NCBI RefSeq assembly: GCF_016097555.1
Contig: NC_054708.1
Span: 62,396,537 to 62,460,536, forward strand
Direction of reading: 5' to 3'
Length of the DNA: 64,000 nt
Source: Gigantopelta aegis
Taxonomy: Eukaryota
Below the pieces are notes generated by a model. The model saw only the letters and a list, made by a program, of their open reading frames with translations. It ran no database searches and was not told the DNA's origin. Below, in pieces: positions 39,565 through 52,158 of this stretch; positions within the stretch are counted from its first letter, which is position 1, and each line of letters starts with the position of its first letter. Position numbers and translations under genes: made by a program.

Positions 39565-39869
39565 CTGCAAAAAACACCAGCTGTACCCTATAAATCTACT
39601 CTACACTTTGCAGTCCCAATACTGAGTAAAGAGGGTTATTCCTACTTTTGCTTTCATGTACATGTAAGTGCAGAAAGGCTAAACTTGCCAAACTTTATTT
39701 CAAAATAAGGATGACATCTTTTAATTGTGGTTTAAACAATATGTTTTGCTGTTCTCTTTGCGGTCTGATGATTGGCCATTTTCTTGATCATTTTCAGTAT
39801 GTACATTACACAGGTAAAAAGATAAAAGTTTATTTTGTTCAACGACACAAGTAGAGCACATTGATTTAT

Positions 39870-40360
39870 TAATCATGGACCGATCTTGGTGGTGTTGTGG
39901 TTAAGCCAGCAGACATAAGGCATGTAGGTACAGTGTTCACAGCCCGGTACCAGCTCCCACCCAAAGCGAGCACCCTCTTCTCTCTCACTAACGACTATCC
40001 CATTGTTCTAGACAGATAGCCCAGATAGCTGAGATGTGTGCCCAGGACAGCATGCTTGAACCATAATTGGATATAAGCACGAAAATAAGTTGAAATGAAC
40101 TGAAATTAATCCTGGACTATTGGATGTCAAACATTTGGTAATTTTAACATGTATTCTTAGAGAGGAAACCTGCTACATTTTTCCATTAGTAGCAAGGGAT
40201 CCTTTATATGCACCACCCCACAGACAGGACAGCAAATACCACAGCTTTTGATATATATACCCATTCATGGTGCACTGGCTAGAATGAGCAATTGCCCAAT
40301 GGGCCCACCGATGGATATCGATCCTAGACCGACTGCAAGCAAGCGCTTTGCCACTGTGCT
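39870..40360. mobile_element. Two adjacent SINEs: type-3 (39880-40110, +) and type-1 (40100-40360, -)
   Basis: Type-3 head ggtggtgttgtggttaagccagcagacataaggcatgtaggtacagtgttcacagcccggtacc. Body ...gcccaggacagcatgcttgaaccataattggatataagcacgaaaataagttgaaatgaa. Confidence 0.7.
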
Positions 40361-40456
40361 ATGTCCCACACCACCCACTATAGAATGCAGCCTAAGAACA
40401 TGTATAGTGTGTGAGAAAGGATTGTAAAACAAGTACTTGTGTCTGTATTAGCTTAC

Positions 40457-40523
40457 CACACCGATCTCTGGGAAATATTCCTCAGTGTCGTCTCCGGTAA
40501 CCAGCCATTCATCACCGGCCACT
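40457..40523 (-). CDS. MVP: MVP exon (R-VAGDEWLVTGDDTEEYFPEIGV)
   Basis: Matches human [27 protein letters not shown]. Acceptor ttttcag, donor GTAAGC. Confidence 0.8.
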
Positions 40524-40587
40524 CTGAAAACAATTATCATAAAAATAAAACAGAGAACAGACATTTACCACCACTTACATGTTTTAC

Positions 40588-40630
40588 CTGCCATAAACAT
40601 ATTCGTAGTCACCGACAGCTGTATCCATAG
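40588..40630 (-). CDS. MVP: Probable MVP exon (..MDTAVGDYEYVYG-R); an upstream small exon (~16 aa) between here and 43274 was not located
   Basis: Aligns with human ...NFRDFRGVSRR before the next TGEEWL repeat. Acceptor aacag, donor GTAAAAC. Enters in phase 1 and leaves in phase 2 (AG+A=R), as the next exon requires. Intron to the next exon is only 64 nt. Confidence 0.45.
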
Positions 40631-42098
40631 CTGTTCATCTCAATGAATGTTAAAAAATTAAGAAAAAAATAAGTTTTAAAATATTAATTAAAAACTTCAA
40701 TTAAAATTTTAATTTAAGTAATTTCTTATTTTTTTCACATGCATTATGATGAACATCATTAGGTGCAACTATAAATGCATTTTCACTGATCTACGGTAAA
40801 TCTAAATAGTTTGTGAGAAATAAACTAAATGTATACAAAACTTAATTGTTGAGCTAAATGCAAGAAATGATGCTGTTGTCGCCACTGACGTAAACATGAG
40901 ACAAAAATACATACACGAATGTTCAGGCTTTCCTTCTTCTTTTTAAACCCAGGAGAGTAAAAAAATCACACCAAGCTGAACATTCAAAGGATATATTTCA
41001 AATTAAAATATTAATAAAATGTTAAATATGTGGCTATCTGATTTACCTTGTGAATGTATATTCATTAACAGCAAGGGACAACATTTCAAAAGCTTTAGGA
41101 AACCGGAAGTCAGTTCACATGAGTTTTATTAAGGTAACCGATGAGTTAGGCCAACCTAATCCTAAAACACTTGAACTACGGTTCTGTGCTACACTGGTGG
41201 TTCAAATGTATTTGAAAACAAATTGATTTTTACTTTCATTACTGATATATGGTACTTTTAATTTTAGAATGTAATTGTTCACCATGTAACCGATTGGCGG
41301 TTCTAGTGATTTTAAAGTTGCATAATGACACACGAACAGAACAACGGTTCTCATGAAATATTTTGCCCCGCAACAGTCACCAGTCTCACCTGTCAATCCC
41401 CCACACGTCTGTCACACTTTGAGTAGCTATCAAGTGCAGCCCATCTTTCAAGGTAAGAGTCATCTTTGTTTCCACTCCCACTATCTACAAGAGAAATTAG
41501 CCGTGAACCTCAACACAAATTGGACCTTTGTCCGATATATATATATATATAGGTTATTACCAGAGTGTTTTTCGGTATCGTCAATATCATATATTAGGAA
41601 TAAAAATTGTATTATGTGAGCCTCTGACGATACCGAAATACGAGGGTAATAATCTCTTTATCATATAAGCTCAAGATTAATACAACATGTTTTTGTAAAC
41701 TGTACACGCAACTTTAATTCCAGTCCGCCATTACTAGATATTCAAATGAGGTAAGAATATGTGGCGCAGTGTATTTTTGAATGGAAATGACGTCAAACTC
41801 GAATGACGTCATTTTGGATGTCCTTACATCAAAATAAAGTCATGCCTAACGTTTTTTGTTTTCTGAACGATGGACAGCTTTCAGTGTCAAATTGCCATTG
41901 AAATGTTTTTATTTGATGACTATGAATGCATACGTCAATCATGGAGTGTCACCCAAGTACGTTTGCTTAAATGTCAATAAACCTAGTGCCGAGACCTCGA
42001 CTAATTTACATCTAATTTGCAAAGTTATCAAATTCTTAAAGTATGTGATCTGAAAAATATCACATACTTTGATTGCACTGAAAATGTAAGATATTATA

Positions 42099-42142
<44 letters not shown>

Positions 42143-42279
42143 TTTTTTAAGATCTCTGCTACATAATACAGGTGTTAGTATGTATCCGGTAGTTGAAAAA
42201 TCTTATAGAGTGTTTGAAAAAACAAGTTACAAAAAGGTCATAAAATGGAGACAAATCATTTAGGTGTTGAAACTAAGGT

Positions 42280-42860
42280 CGACGATAAGTCACATTTCGC
42301 ACCCTTGTTCTGGCTACATACAAAATACATATAACATATCTCACCCTAATTTCACTTGAAATCCATATTTTGTAAAAGGTTAAAAATTTAATCACATGAT
42401 TTTCTTCAAAAACATTCGGGTGCATTAGTAATGTTAAAAAAAAAAAAATTCAATAGCAACCTTGCATTGGAATTTTTCCAATGTTCTTAAAATGGAAACA
42501 TCATGTATCCAGTTTATGGTTATTGTAAGAAGATGCAAAGTGACGTAATATTGGAATACTGGCATCATTCAAATTCAAAATTAGCTTTATTACTACTACA
42601 ATGCTTTGACAAATTAAAATAACCATTGACCCCTGTCAAAATTCTATAATGAGCAGACAATGCTGTTTACAGGTCGGTATGTTTTTATTTTTCCTAATTC
42701 TGGACAAAATATTGTTTAAGTTTTAAAAGATGAAAGAAATAAAAAGTACCTTTTGACAAATATATCATATCGAAAAATTATCATTGGATATATTTTATTT
42801 ACTGTGTACAAAGCCAAAACAAGGGTACAAAAAGTGACTATCATCATCGACCTTAATATT
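42280..42860. mobile_element. MITE family with about 35-bp TIRs (gtcac(a/t)tttcgcacccttgttttggct...); second copy at 54795-55385
   Basis: 42285 gtcacatttcgcacccttgttctggctacatac matches its inverse gtgtacaaagccaaaacaagggtacaaaaagtgac at 42810-42845. Internal gaatgacgtca motifs are shared with 55080-55130. Confidence 0.65.
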
Positions 42861-42999
42861 TACTTTCAGTGCTTGCGTTTTCGAACGATGTGGACAGATG
42901 AAGTAAAGTGTTAATGAAGATGATGATGTACCTGTGAAAATTCAATGGGACATATCACTGTGATCTCAGCTAAGATATTATTTTGAATTCAGTTAGTTT

Positions 43000-43255
43000 G
43001 TTTTATTTATTTAATGACACCACTAGAGCACACTGATTTAATAATCATCGACTATTGAATGTCAGACATTTGGTAATTTTGACAAATAGCCTTAAAGTGA
43101 AAACCTGCTACATTTTTCAATTAGTAACAAGCGATCTTGTATATGCACCATCCCACAGATAGGATAGCACCTACCATGGCCTATGATATATCACTTGTGA
43201 TGTACTGGCTGGAATGAGAAATATCCCAATGGGCCCATTGACTTTGAAATCATGG
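43000..43255 (-). mobile_element. tRNA-derived SINE (type 1) fragment ending about 20 nt from the MVP exon 6 donor
   Basis: accactagagcacactgatttaataatcatcgactattgaatgtcagacatttggtaattttgac ... cccaatgggcccattgac. Confidence 0.7.
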
Positions 43256-43274
43256 AGACAATCCTAAGACTTAC

Positions 43275-43344
43275 CTCCTCAAAAACTCGTGGAAGATAGG
43301 CCCCAGGTTTTGAAACTAGCCACTCTTCTCCTGTCACACGATGC
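43275..43344 (-). CDS. MVP: MVP exon 6 ([24 protein letters not shown])
   Basis: Matches human [22 protein letters not shown]. Acceptor gtgtttcag, donor GTAAGT. Confidence 0.85.
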
Positions 43345-43794
43345 CTGAAACACAAGTCCACGGATTCCACTTAAGAATTTTAAAATGTTTTTACTTTAGA
43401 CAAAATGCTCGCAGCAATTTTAAATCACAGGACATACAACGTAGGATGTCAAATTTCACAGGAAAATATTTTTGGTTCCATACCTTGTGAACCCATCGGA
43501 AAATTGTTTAAAAAAATAATTGGATAATATATGTATTATTTTTGTTGAATAGTTGCACTCAATATAACAATCATGGGACACAAAATTTCAGTTCTGTGAT
43601 TTTACCGATATGCTACTGACACAGTATCGGAAATGATCGTTTCCGTGATATCTGAAGGCCTGAACCAGTAACTTTTGTAACAAATATAAAAAACACAAAT
43701 TATTCCTTCAACGGACGGAAATAATTATTAATTTGTATCCAGAGACAAACAAAATGCCATTGGTAAAGCCACTATCCATGGCAATTCATATCAC

Positions 43795-44110
43795 ATCTAT
43801 GGCAAGTCATAGTCAGAGTTTCTGCCAGAGGGTAAAATGGGTATGGTGCCCATACTCAAAACAATTTTCAGATTTTTTTGTTTAAGTTAACTTTTTCACG
43901 AAATTAATTTCTTTTATCATTACTGTATGATTTTCTTAACGCTAACTCTAAACTTAACTAAAATAAAATAAAAAATCAACAACCCAAAAAACAAAAACAA
44001 GAACCAACTCTAAACATAACCCATTTTCCTTCTGGGGGTCGTACCCCATACCCCCCTGTTGACTGGTTGCATTCAATTCCATAGTACCATACCCAAAAAT
44101 ACATTGATGT
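43795..44110. mobile_element. MITE family with TIR ctgccagagggtaaaatgggtatgg(c/t)(a/g)cc(c)ata(c)(c/t)caaa; second copy nested in the SINE at 49505-49790
   Basis: Both copies begin tttctgccagagggtaaaatgggtatgg and end with the inverse ...ccataccc(aa)aaa. Confidence 0.6.
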
Positions 44111-44746
44111 CAGTAACTATACGGTAACTGCAGTAAGTGTCGTCATTAAGACCTGAAGTCTACAGTTAAAGTAAGAATGAACTTGAATGTCCTACCTAAA
44201 ATAAAATGATTTAGTGTAAGCTAATCAACTTATACCAATTTCTACAACTCACAAGAAATTCAATAAGAAATATAAAATACAATCTTCCACCAATTTGATA
44301 CAAATTGCATATTAAAAAAAAATCCTAAACCTAATACAATCCATTTTTATTACACATATGGTTAAAAATATCTTGGTACATATCAAAGTGCTAAGTCCTA
44401 CTAGAACGTCAAGTGGGACGTAATACCGTGATGTCACATCATGACATCATGCGACTGATGCACTACGACCTTATCGAAAAATTAAGTAAACAATTTTAGT
44501 AATGTAAATTGTAATCGATTAATGGATAATAAATAGGATATTAAACTTGCTACCATTTCGTATCATGTTTTATGTCCCTTGTGAAATAATTTTCATTGTC
44601 ACCCGCTAAAGTGTGTGCCAATTAAAAAATATTTTACTCGGGACATAAACATGATACAAAATGGAAGCTCATTTAATATTCTATAAATATGAGATATATG
44701 AGTTACTGACAGTTAAGTTACTATTCGATTTAAAAAAGATACTGAC

Positions 44747-44838
44747 TTTCCAGATTTATCAATGCAGTCTTCCAATGCTCTAAGACGGACCACATTTCCA
44801 TCTTCAATAATGATTGCCTCAATGGTTGAAACTATTTC
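44747..44838 (-). CDS. MVP: MVP exon 5 (EIVSTIEAIIIEDGNVVRLRALEDCIDKSG-K)
   Basis: Matches human [32 protein letters not shown]. Acceptor cattatag. Weak donor GTCAGT, but the phase (AA + G = K) fits exon 6 exactly. Confidence 0.75.
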
Positions 44839-46040
44839 CTATAATGAAAACAAAATATCATTAACTGAAAGCCCTATATAAACCTATATTTATATATCTC
44901 AGTTATGCATCATATCTACAGCAGCTTCTGACATTTAGGATGAGATGTTCTGATCGAGTGGTTACAGGAATAGCTATGTATATTATGCACCCTAGATGGA
45001 CTGTGTCTAGTCCAAGGCTATGTGACAACACCCACTGCCACACACAAGCTATGCTAAACATTGATTAGCAGCTAGAGATCTTTTATATGTACTTTCCCAG
45101 AGCCAGAGAGGATGATACATATAATGGCTTTTCACAATACAGGGCACAATGTTTAATTATTACAACTTTAAATTCACGTGAATTGCAAATCAGTTATGTG
45201 GTGAATGTTTACGTTCTAAAATTAAAACTTACACATTTCAGGATCATCTAAAGTTTATTTGTAAAGGTAATGATACTGTGTATTCGATGTACTAATCATT
45301 GTCAATTAAAGAAATTAGCTAATACATACAAAATGTCTACATTGAAGTAAACATTTAGTCCATGCATTAGGCCATATGCCAGGGCTAGCTCTGGGTAAGC
45401 AAAATAGTTCGCCAAATTGTGTATTAAACTTTAAAAATTGCAGAAATCCACAGTTATTTTGTAAACAAATGTCAATTATTACATGAAATTATTTTGCCAA
45501 ATTAAAATAAAATTCGCCAACTGCTTTGAAAATTGGCAATTGTCGAAGTTGGCGAGTGCCAGAGCTAGCCCTGATACGCTATGGCGTAGGATAAAGGCCT
45601 TGCTCTAACTGCTAAAATAATTGATGATCCCAACAATGTTTCATTTATATAACCAATAGGCCTACTGCAGATTTGCGATAGGCCTGCATAATGAAAGCTG
45701 GTGTCTTTAGTGAACTCTCCATATTCCCCGGCATTCAAATTTATATTTATTCAGATTACTTTCGTTTGGTCAGATACCATGGGAAGTTCACGAGCTTCAT
45801 AAAAATGATATCTAGTGAAAACTAATTTTATTTATTACACAATTTTTAATGACAATTACTTCCAACATAACTCAGTGAGACTTGGGAATATGCACAGAGC
45901 TACAACCAGGGGTGATGACGTCACTTACCAAAATGACGTCATTTAGAAACTAATATGAACCACCAGGTGTGTTTGAAATTTCTACAACCCGAAAATAGCC
46001 AGACTCCCCCACCAAGTAATGTAGATGATGAACTAATTAC

Positions 46041-46265
46041 CACTTCTGGTCGTGGAATGTATGTGAGAGGCCCATCCAGCTGCCACGTTTCTCCGCTCCG
46101 ACGGACGATCTTCCCATCCTTGTGATCGATGCTGCACTGGAGACGAATGGCGGTGTTGGCTTTGATCACTGGCAGCTGTTTAATGGCCTTTTTAAACCAG
46201 CCTCCTTCTATAGTCAATGGTGCTGCTCCTGATAATGATTCTCCTGGGTATAAGGCAAATGGCTC
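46041..46265 (-). CDS. MVP: MVP exon 4 (EPFALYPGE...DHKDGKIVRRSGETWQLDGPLTYIPRPEV)
   Basis: Matches human DPFPLYPGEVL...[27 protein letters not shown]. Acceptor ttttttgtag, donor GTAATT. 75 codons, phase 0 to 0. Confidence 0.9.
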
Positions 46266-46959
46266 CTACAAAAAAGGTTCATTATGAACATCGATTGTGA
46301 GACAAAACTATAGTCCATCCCATCCTCCTATCAAAAGTATATTTCAGTTTAGTTTGATTTGATTGAAAAGTGTTTTGGAAATAACAATAAATACACTATT
46401 TTTGTGTGCAATTTTGGTTTAAACATTTTTAAGCGTCATAAGGACTCCCTGTTCGCAAATCTTGAGAGCCCTCCACCAACCTAGCGAGCCCTAACATGTG
46501 TCTTCAGTACAACAGATGATACACTAAATGTTTTGCATAAAACCATGTATGTTGAATATGTTATTTCAAAGAATCCATGTAATTTGTACAAATAAGTTTA
46601 AAAGCCATGTGGGCTTGTAGCATACAAAAATAGCCAAGCTAGAGAGTCCTATATGATTTTTGCAAAACTTGGACTCCCGGACTCTCCTCAAAATCGCACA
46701 CTGAATACCATTTGTCAAATATATCATTATCAAATAATTACTGGTAGATACATTACATTTATTGTGTATGAAGCCAAAACAAGGGTGTGAAAAATGTCGA
46801 CCATAGTTATTAATAAATACACATTTATATAAGTCCCTCCCAACCAATAAAGATGTTTTTTTCAAAGAAAAATTTCAGTTTGGATTGATGTGAGAAGAAA
46901 ATTAATATTTATTTCGGAAATAACATTTTTTTTTACTAATTTTGTGTGCTAAATTGCAC

Positions 46960-48110
46960 ACAAAATATTAGAACAATCAGCTCAGAAATAAGTAACATGA
47001 AAACCATGGTCGCCAGCAGGGCCAGTTGAAGACAAATCTTACTGGCCCTTCTCAAATTCAACTAGCCCTCCAATTATCACATTGTAATTTAAATGCACAG
47101 CTAAAATCAAAACTAGAATATTTGTTGAATAATAATCATGTGCTCACCATATATAGTCTGTTTCCTTCAAAAGGAAACCAATGAATTGACTTGTAACTTT
47201 ATAATGAATAGAGTTAAAAGTCATATAAAAACATGTTATTAAGTTTTAAACCTATACCAACTCAAATAAAAAAATGTTTTAAAAAGAAAGGAGTCCAGTA
47301 TAAATAAAAAAGAATTCTTTACAAATCACCATTAAATTATGATTGTTAAATCTCATTTTTAATACAGGGGTGAAAACAAAATGCTAGAACAACCAGAGTA
47401 TATCGCTTGACTTGCATTGTCTATGAAGTAAAAACAAATAATGCATATAAACCCGGTCTCAGGTGGCAGTCCTCTTTGGCGATGCAAGAAGGGGTACAAT
47501 CTCCAGTATCAGATTTCCTCAGGAATGGATGAAGCACGCACACGTGTGCGTTAAATTTAGATATTGTAAATGCTACAGTAGTAGGCTACTAATAAAATAA
47601 ATATCAAAAGAAAAATAAATTTGTAAAAAATGTGCTCACGTTAGTGTGAGTTAAAACTGCAAGATAGATTTTGATTTTGTCCCAGAATAATGTAAGCTAA
47701 TTAAATATGATTCCTTTTTATCATAACATTGAATAACAACTGTCAAATACATGTAGTAGCTCTACTAGATAATTATGGCGTATCCAGTCCATTCTAATAA
47801 GCCAATGACTTCTAGATTTTCAAAATACATGCAATGTCTTCAATATGAGTTCTATTTTAACAAGACCTGGCTCAAAGTCACAGAACATGAATCTGGCACT
47901 GTTAAAATATAGAGCATGTTCTATGCCTTCTGCTGCTGTAGTTCGTGCCAACACAGACGCCATGTGTTTTGTCACATTCGATTCAGTTGGTATCATTCTC
48001 GCCAGACTCTAAAATCGATGGTCGCCTAACGAACTACCTTTGTAAAATTCTTAGCCGTCCATAGCCAATAAAGGTGACCATGGGCGACTGCTAATTTTTC
48101 AATCCTACTT
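46960..48110 (-). repeat. About 1.1-kb interspersed repeat (copy A, in MVP intron 3), inverted relative to copy B at 58180-59240
   Basis: Long matching blocks, e.g. 48000-48110 rc against 58190-58290 (gcgaccatcgattttag.gtctggcgag), 47150-47330 against 58420-58560, and 46980-47120 against 59095-59240. Confidence 0.7.
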
Positions 48111-49384
48111 GTAATAAATTCCATAGTATGAAAAAAGGCATTCCCTGTGGGAAGAACTATAAATCACTATACTGACCAGCATGTGCAGAGCTTGGCCATC
48201 AGAACTGGACTTGTTTGGTGCACTGAATCCCTGAAAATCAACAACAATAACATATAATTTACTCACTGGTCACCAGTTCTAAAATTAGGCCATTTAAAAA
48301 AAAAATATATATATATTGCCCTAACCAGATACCATTGTAACAAGTACAAATACATGCATGAAAGAAATTCCACAATTTGACTCACATGTCACGGAGAGAA
48401 CTGCATTACACATGTATTTGATAAATACATTTTATAAATACCTACATGTATGAGGAGTAAACATTACTGTAATGGTAATAATAATGATGGATACTTTGTA
48501 CCTGTAGATAAAAAATAATAATAAACTGCCCAATTAACAGCTATAATTATACCACTATCATATATTAGATTCTTTTATTTTTTCCTTTTTTACCTATACA
48601 TCATCATGTACACTGTACTTAAAACATTTTTTTTTTTTTAAATGCAATGACAAAAGTAACTGACAGACTGAGCCCATACATGTAGCTTTTGTACACAAAA
48701 TAAAACAGTAGTTGCTAGAAATCTGCATTAAGATTAAACTGTGACACATCTATATCTGCCCTCTACAGCAACTTTTCCATCCATTTTTATATACACATGT
48801 ACATGTAGATAGTATGAAATGTTTTAGTCGTCAAATGAAAGAAATGCTTGCATATGCAACCAAATCGATCTCAATGTAGAGGACTGTATATTCTGTTACA
48901 CATTCACATAATGTATGGGTAGTATGTACATGTACATTGTATATTGCCATGCTCATACTGGCAGTTTACATTGATAGGAAACTGATTCAATTCCTTAAAA
49001 TGGTTTAGCTGTTCAAACTACAGAGCTTTTAAACCAATATGAAACCATTTCACTTCAATTAATCCTACCTGAATCGTTTTCACACTGGTTCAGCGACAAT
49101 TCACCAATCATGATTCACTGTGTGAATCTTTTAGTGTGATTAAACAAAAACACATTAATAGGAAACAATTGTTGAACACCACCATAGTACAGTGCAAACT
49201 ATGGCAATTTCTCTCCATCATATGGTCATTTCAACATCAGGGCCCCATTCCACAAACGATCTTAGCCCTAAGATCACCTTAAGTGCATAGCTACCTTATG
49301 CACTAAGGTGATCTTAGTGCTAAGATTGCTTCGTGGAACAGGGCCCTGTTCAATAGAGGAAGAGATGAAACCCACTGCCATCAT

Positions 49385-49975
49385 GTGGGCTTCTTCTACC
49401 AATATTTAGGGCAGGACGTAACTCAGTGGTAAAGCCCTCGATTGATGTACGGTCGGTTTGGGATTGACCCCCGTCAGTAAGCCCATTGGACTATTTCTCG
49501 TTCAACCCACTGCTGGATTTCTGCCAGAGGGTAAAATGGGTATGGCACCATACCCAAATGTTTTTGCAGATTTTATTTTGTTTAAGTTGACCTTTTGACA
49601 AAATGTAGGACTCATCATTACTGTATGATTTTCTTAACCCTAACATTAAACCTAACCCATTTTCTTTCTGTGGGAGACCCCCATACCCTCAATCGACTTT
49701 GGTTGCATTCAGCACACACATTGTAAATATTCAATTTCACAGCACCATACCCAAAAACGTCTTTCTGGCAGAAACACTGCCCAGTGCACCACAACTGGTC
49801 TATCAAAGCTGTGGTATGTGCTATCTGTGGGATAGTGCATATAAAAGATCCCTCGCTACTAATGGAAAAAAGTAACAGCATAAAACTAGGTTTCATCTCT
49901 ATACAATAACCAGTGATTAATAAATCAATATGTTCTAGTGGTGTTATTAAACAAAACAAACTTTCTTCTACCAAT
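49385..49975 (+). mobile_element. tRNA-derived SINE (type 1) carrying a nested MITE insertion (49505-49790)
   Basis: Head ggcaggacgtaactcagtggtaaagcc... at 49392. Core resumes at 49790 (ccagtgcaccacaactgg ... gtgcatataaaagatccc). Tail ...gtggtgttattaaacaaaacaaac. Confidence 0.75.
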
Positions 49976-50794
49976 AAAGAAACAAGGGCTATATTATATG
50001 CACTTTCCCTTAGGAAAGACAGTACATACCACAGACTTTAATATGCCAGTTGTCCATCAATGGAGAACAATCCTGTAACCTATCTAACCTCAGGAAAACA
50101 CTCTACGAATGACCTACCCAAACATATAAGTTAAAGTTTGTTTTTGTTTAACGACACCACTAGAGCACATTGATTAATTATTAATCATTGGCTATTGAAT
50201 GTACAACATTTGGTAATTCTGACATGTAGTCATCAGAGGAAACCCACTACCATACATTTTTCCTAATGCAGCAAGGGATCTTTTATATGCATTTTCCCAT
50301 AGACAGGAAAGCACATACCATGGCCTTTGTCCAGTTGTGGTGCACTGGTTGGAAAAAGTAAAACCCCAATCAGTTGATGGGTCCACATTAGATGTATATG
50401 CATGTGCAGTGTGCATTTGCAGTGTCACCCAGGAAGTATTGCCACTGGTTTGACAACCAATGATTATCTTTTTTCTGTCAAAATAAGTAATTATCGATCT
50501 GAATTAATTTTTAATTTGGTGACATCAGATGTTTCTGTGTCATTTGAAATCTGACAGGCAGAGGATGTTGGAGGGCAGGGCAGCTGGGACAGAGTCCATA
50601 GGAACCTTCCAATTTAATTCCAGTGGCAGAATTGTGAAATGTTCGTGTTCGACAGAATTACGGAGTTGCACTAATAAAAAATCAAGACTTTATGGTACAA
50701 CTACTACTAGGCTGTTTCCAGCTTGAAAACACATTTTAATAATCATATTAGGATGATATCACTCTAAAATGATTTGTTTTAATGGTTTGAAATG

Positions 50795-51115
50795 AAGGGT
50801 TTTTTTGTTAATGAAACCACTAGAGCACATTGATTTATTAATCATCAGATGTAGGATGTCAAACGTTTGGTAATTTTGACAGATAGTCTTAGAGAGGAAA
50901 CCTGCTACATTTTTCCATTAGTAACAAGGGATCTTTTACATGCACCATCCCACAGACAGGATAGCACATACCATGGTCTTTGATATACTAGTCATGGTGC
51001 ACTACATGGAACGAGAAATATCCCAATGGGCCCACCAATGGGGATCGATTGCAGACCGACTCTGCATCAAGCAAGTGCTTTACCACTGGGCTACTTCCCG
51101 ACCCAGATTGAAATG
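50795..51115 (-). mobile_element. tRNA-derived SINE (type 1), full length, minus orientation
   Basis: Tail accactagagcacattgatttattaatcat at the low-coordinate end. Head rc(gggtcgggaagtagcccagtggtaaagcacttgcttgatgcagagtcggtctgcaatcgatcccc) at the high-coordinate end. Confidence 0.8.
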
Positions 51116-51830
51116 ATGTAAAAATGCATTTAGGCTACTTGACCGGCCTTGATGGCACAGTGGTTAAGCCATTGGACTATAGGCTGGTAGGTACAGGATT
51201 TGCAGCTCGGTACCAACTCCAACCCAGATTGAAATGATGTAAAAATGCATTTAGGCTACTTGACCGGCCTTGATGGCACAGTGGTTAAGCCATCGGACTA
51301 TAGGCTGGTAGGTACAGGATTTGCAGCTAGGCACCAACTCCGACCCAGATTGAAATGATGTAAAAATGCATTTAGGCTACTTGACCGGCCTTGATGGCAC
51401 AGTGGTTAAGCCATTGGACTATAGGCTGGTAGGTACAGGATTTGCAGCTCGGTACCAACTCCGACCCAGATTGAAATGATGTAAAAATGCATTTAGGCTA
51501 CTTGACCGGCCTTGATGGCACAGTGGTTAAGCCATCGGACTATAGGCTGGTAGGTACAGGATTTGCAGCTCGGTACCAACTCCGACCCAGATTGAAATGA
51601 TGTAAAAATGCATTTAGGCTACTTGACCGGCCTTGATGGCACAGTGGTTAAGCCATCGGACTATAGGCTGGTAGGTACAGGATTTGCAGCTCGGTACCAA
51701 CTCCGACCCAGATTGAAATGATGTAAAAATGCATTTAGGCTACTTGACCGGCCTTGATGGCACAGTGGTTAAGCCATCGGACTATAGGCTGGTAGGTACA
51801 GGATTTGCAGCTCGGTACCAACTCCAACCC
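51100..51830. repeat. 120-bp tandem array (6 copies) built from the tRNA-like head of a third SINE type; the SINE body follows at 51830-52015
   Basis: Unit is cccagattgaaatgatgtaaaaatgcatttaggctacttgaccggccttgatggcacagtggttaagccatcggactataggctggtaggtacaggatttgcagctcggtaccaactccga. The same head and body appear as a single copy at 39880-40110. Confidence 0.9.
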
Positions 51831-52094
51831 AGAGCGAGTTCTTAAGGGCTCAATGGGTAAGTGTAAGGCCACTACACTCTCTTTTCTCTCACTAACCAAC
51901 TAACAACTAACCAACTGTCCTGGACAGGCAGCCCAGAGAGCTGATGTGTGTGCCCAGGACATCGTGCTTGAACCTTAATTGGATATAAGCACGAAAATAA
52001 GTTGAAATGAATAAATGGGTTAATTGGTTTAAAATAAGTTCCAGTATGAACATATATAGATAACGTACAGATAGCATATGAAGGCAAAACTTAC

Positions 52095-52158
52095 AGCATT
52101 GTACCGCACTTCGGAGTGACCAAGTCTTAACTCACACACTTTACCAGCTTCATAATGA
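52095..52158 (-). CDS. MVP: MVP exon 3 (S-HYEAGKVCELRLGHSEVRYNA)
   Basis: Matches human ...FDVTGQVRLRHADLEIRLAQ. Acceptor ttgtttcag. Phase 2 from exon 2 gives AGT=S. Donor GTAAGT. Eight residues shorter than human here. Confidence 0.65.

Noticed and set aside
48178-48232. Candidate MVP exon (RDSVHQTSPVLMAKLCTC) with acceptor ttttcag
   Set aside because: The peptide does not match MVP. The true exon for this segment (HYEAGKVCELRLGHSEVRYNA) is at 52095-52158, with the correct phase on both sides.
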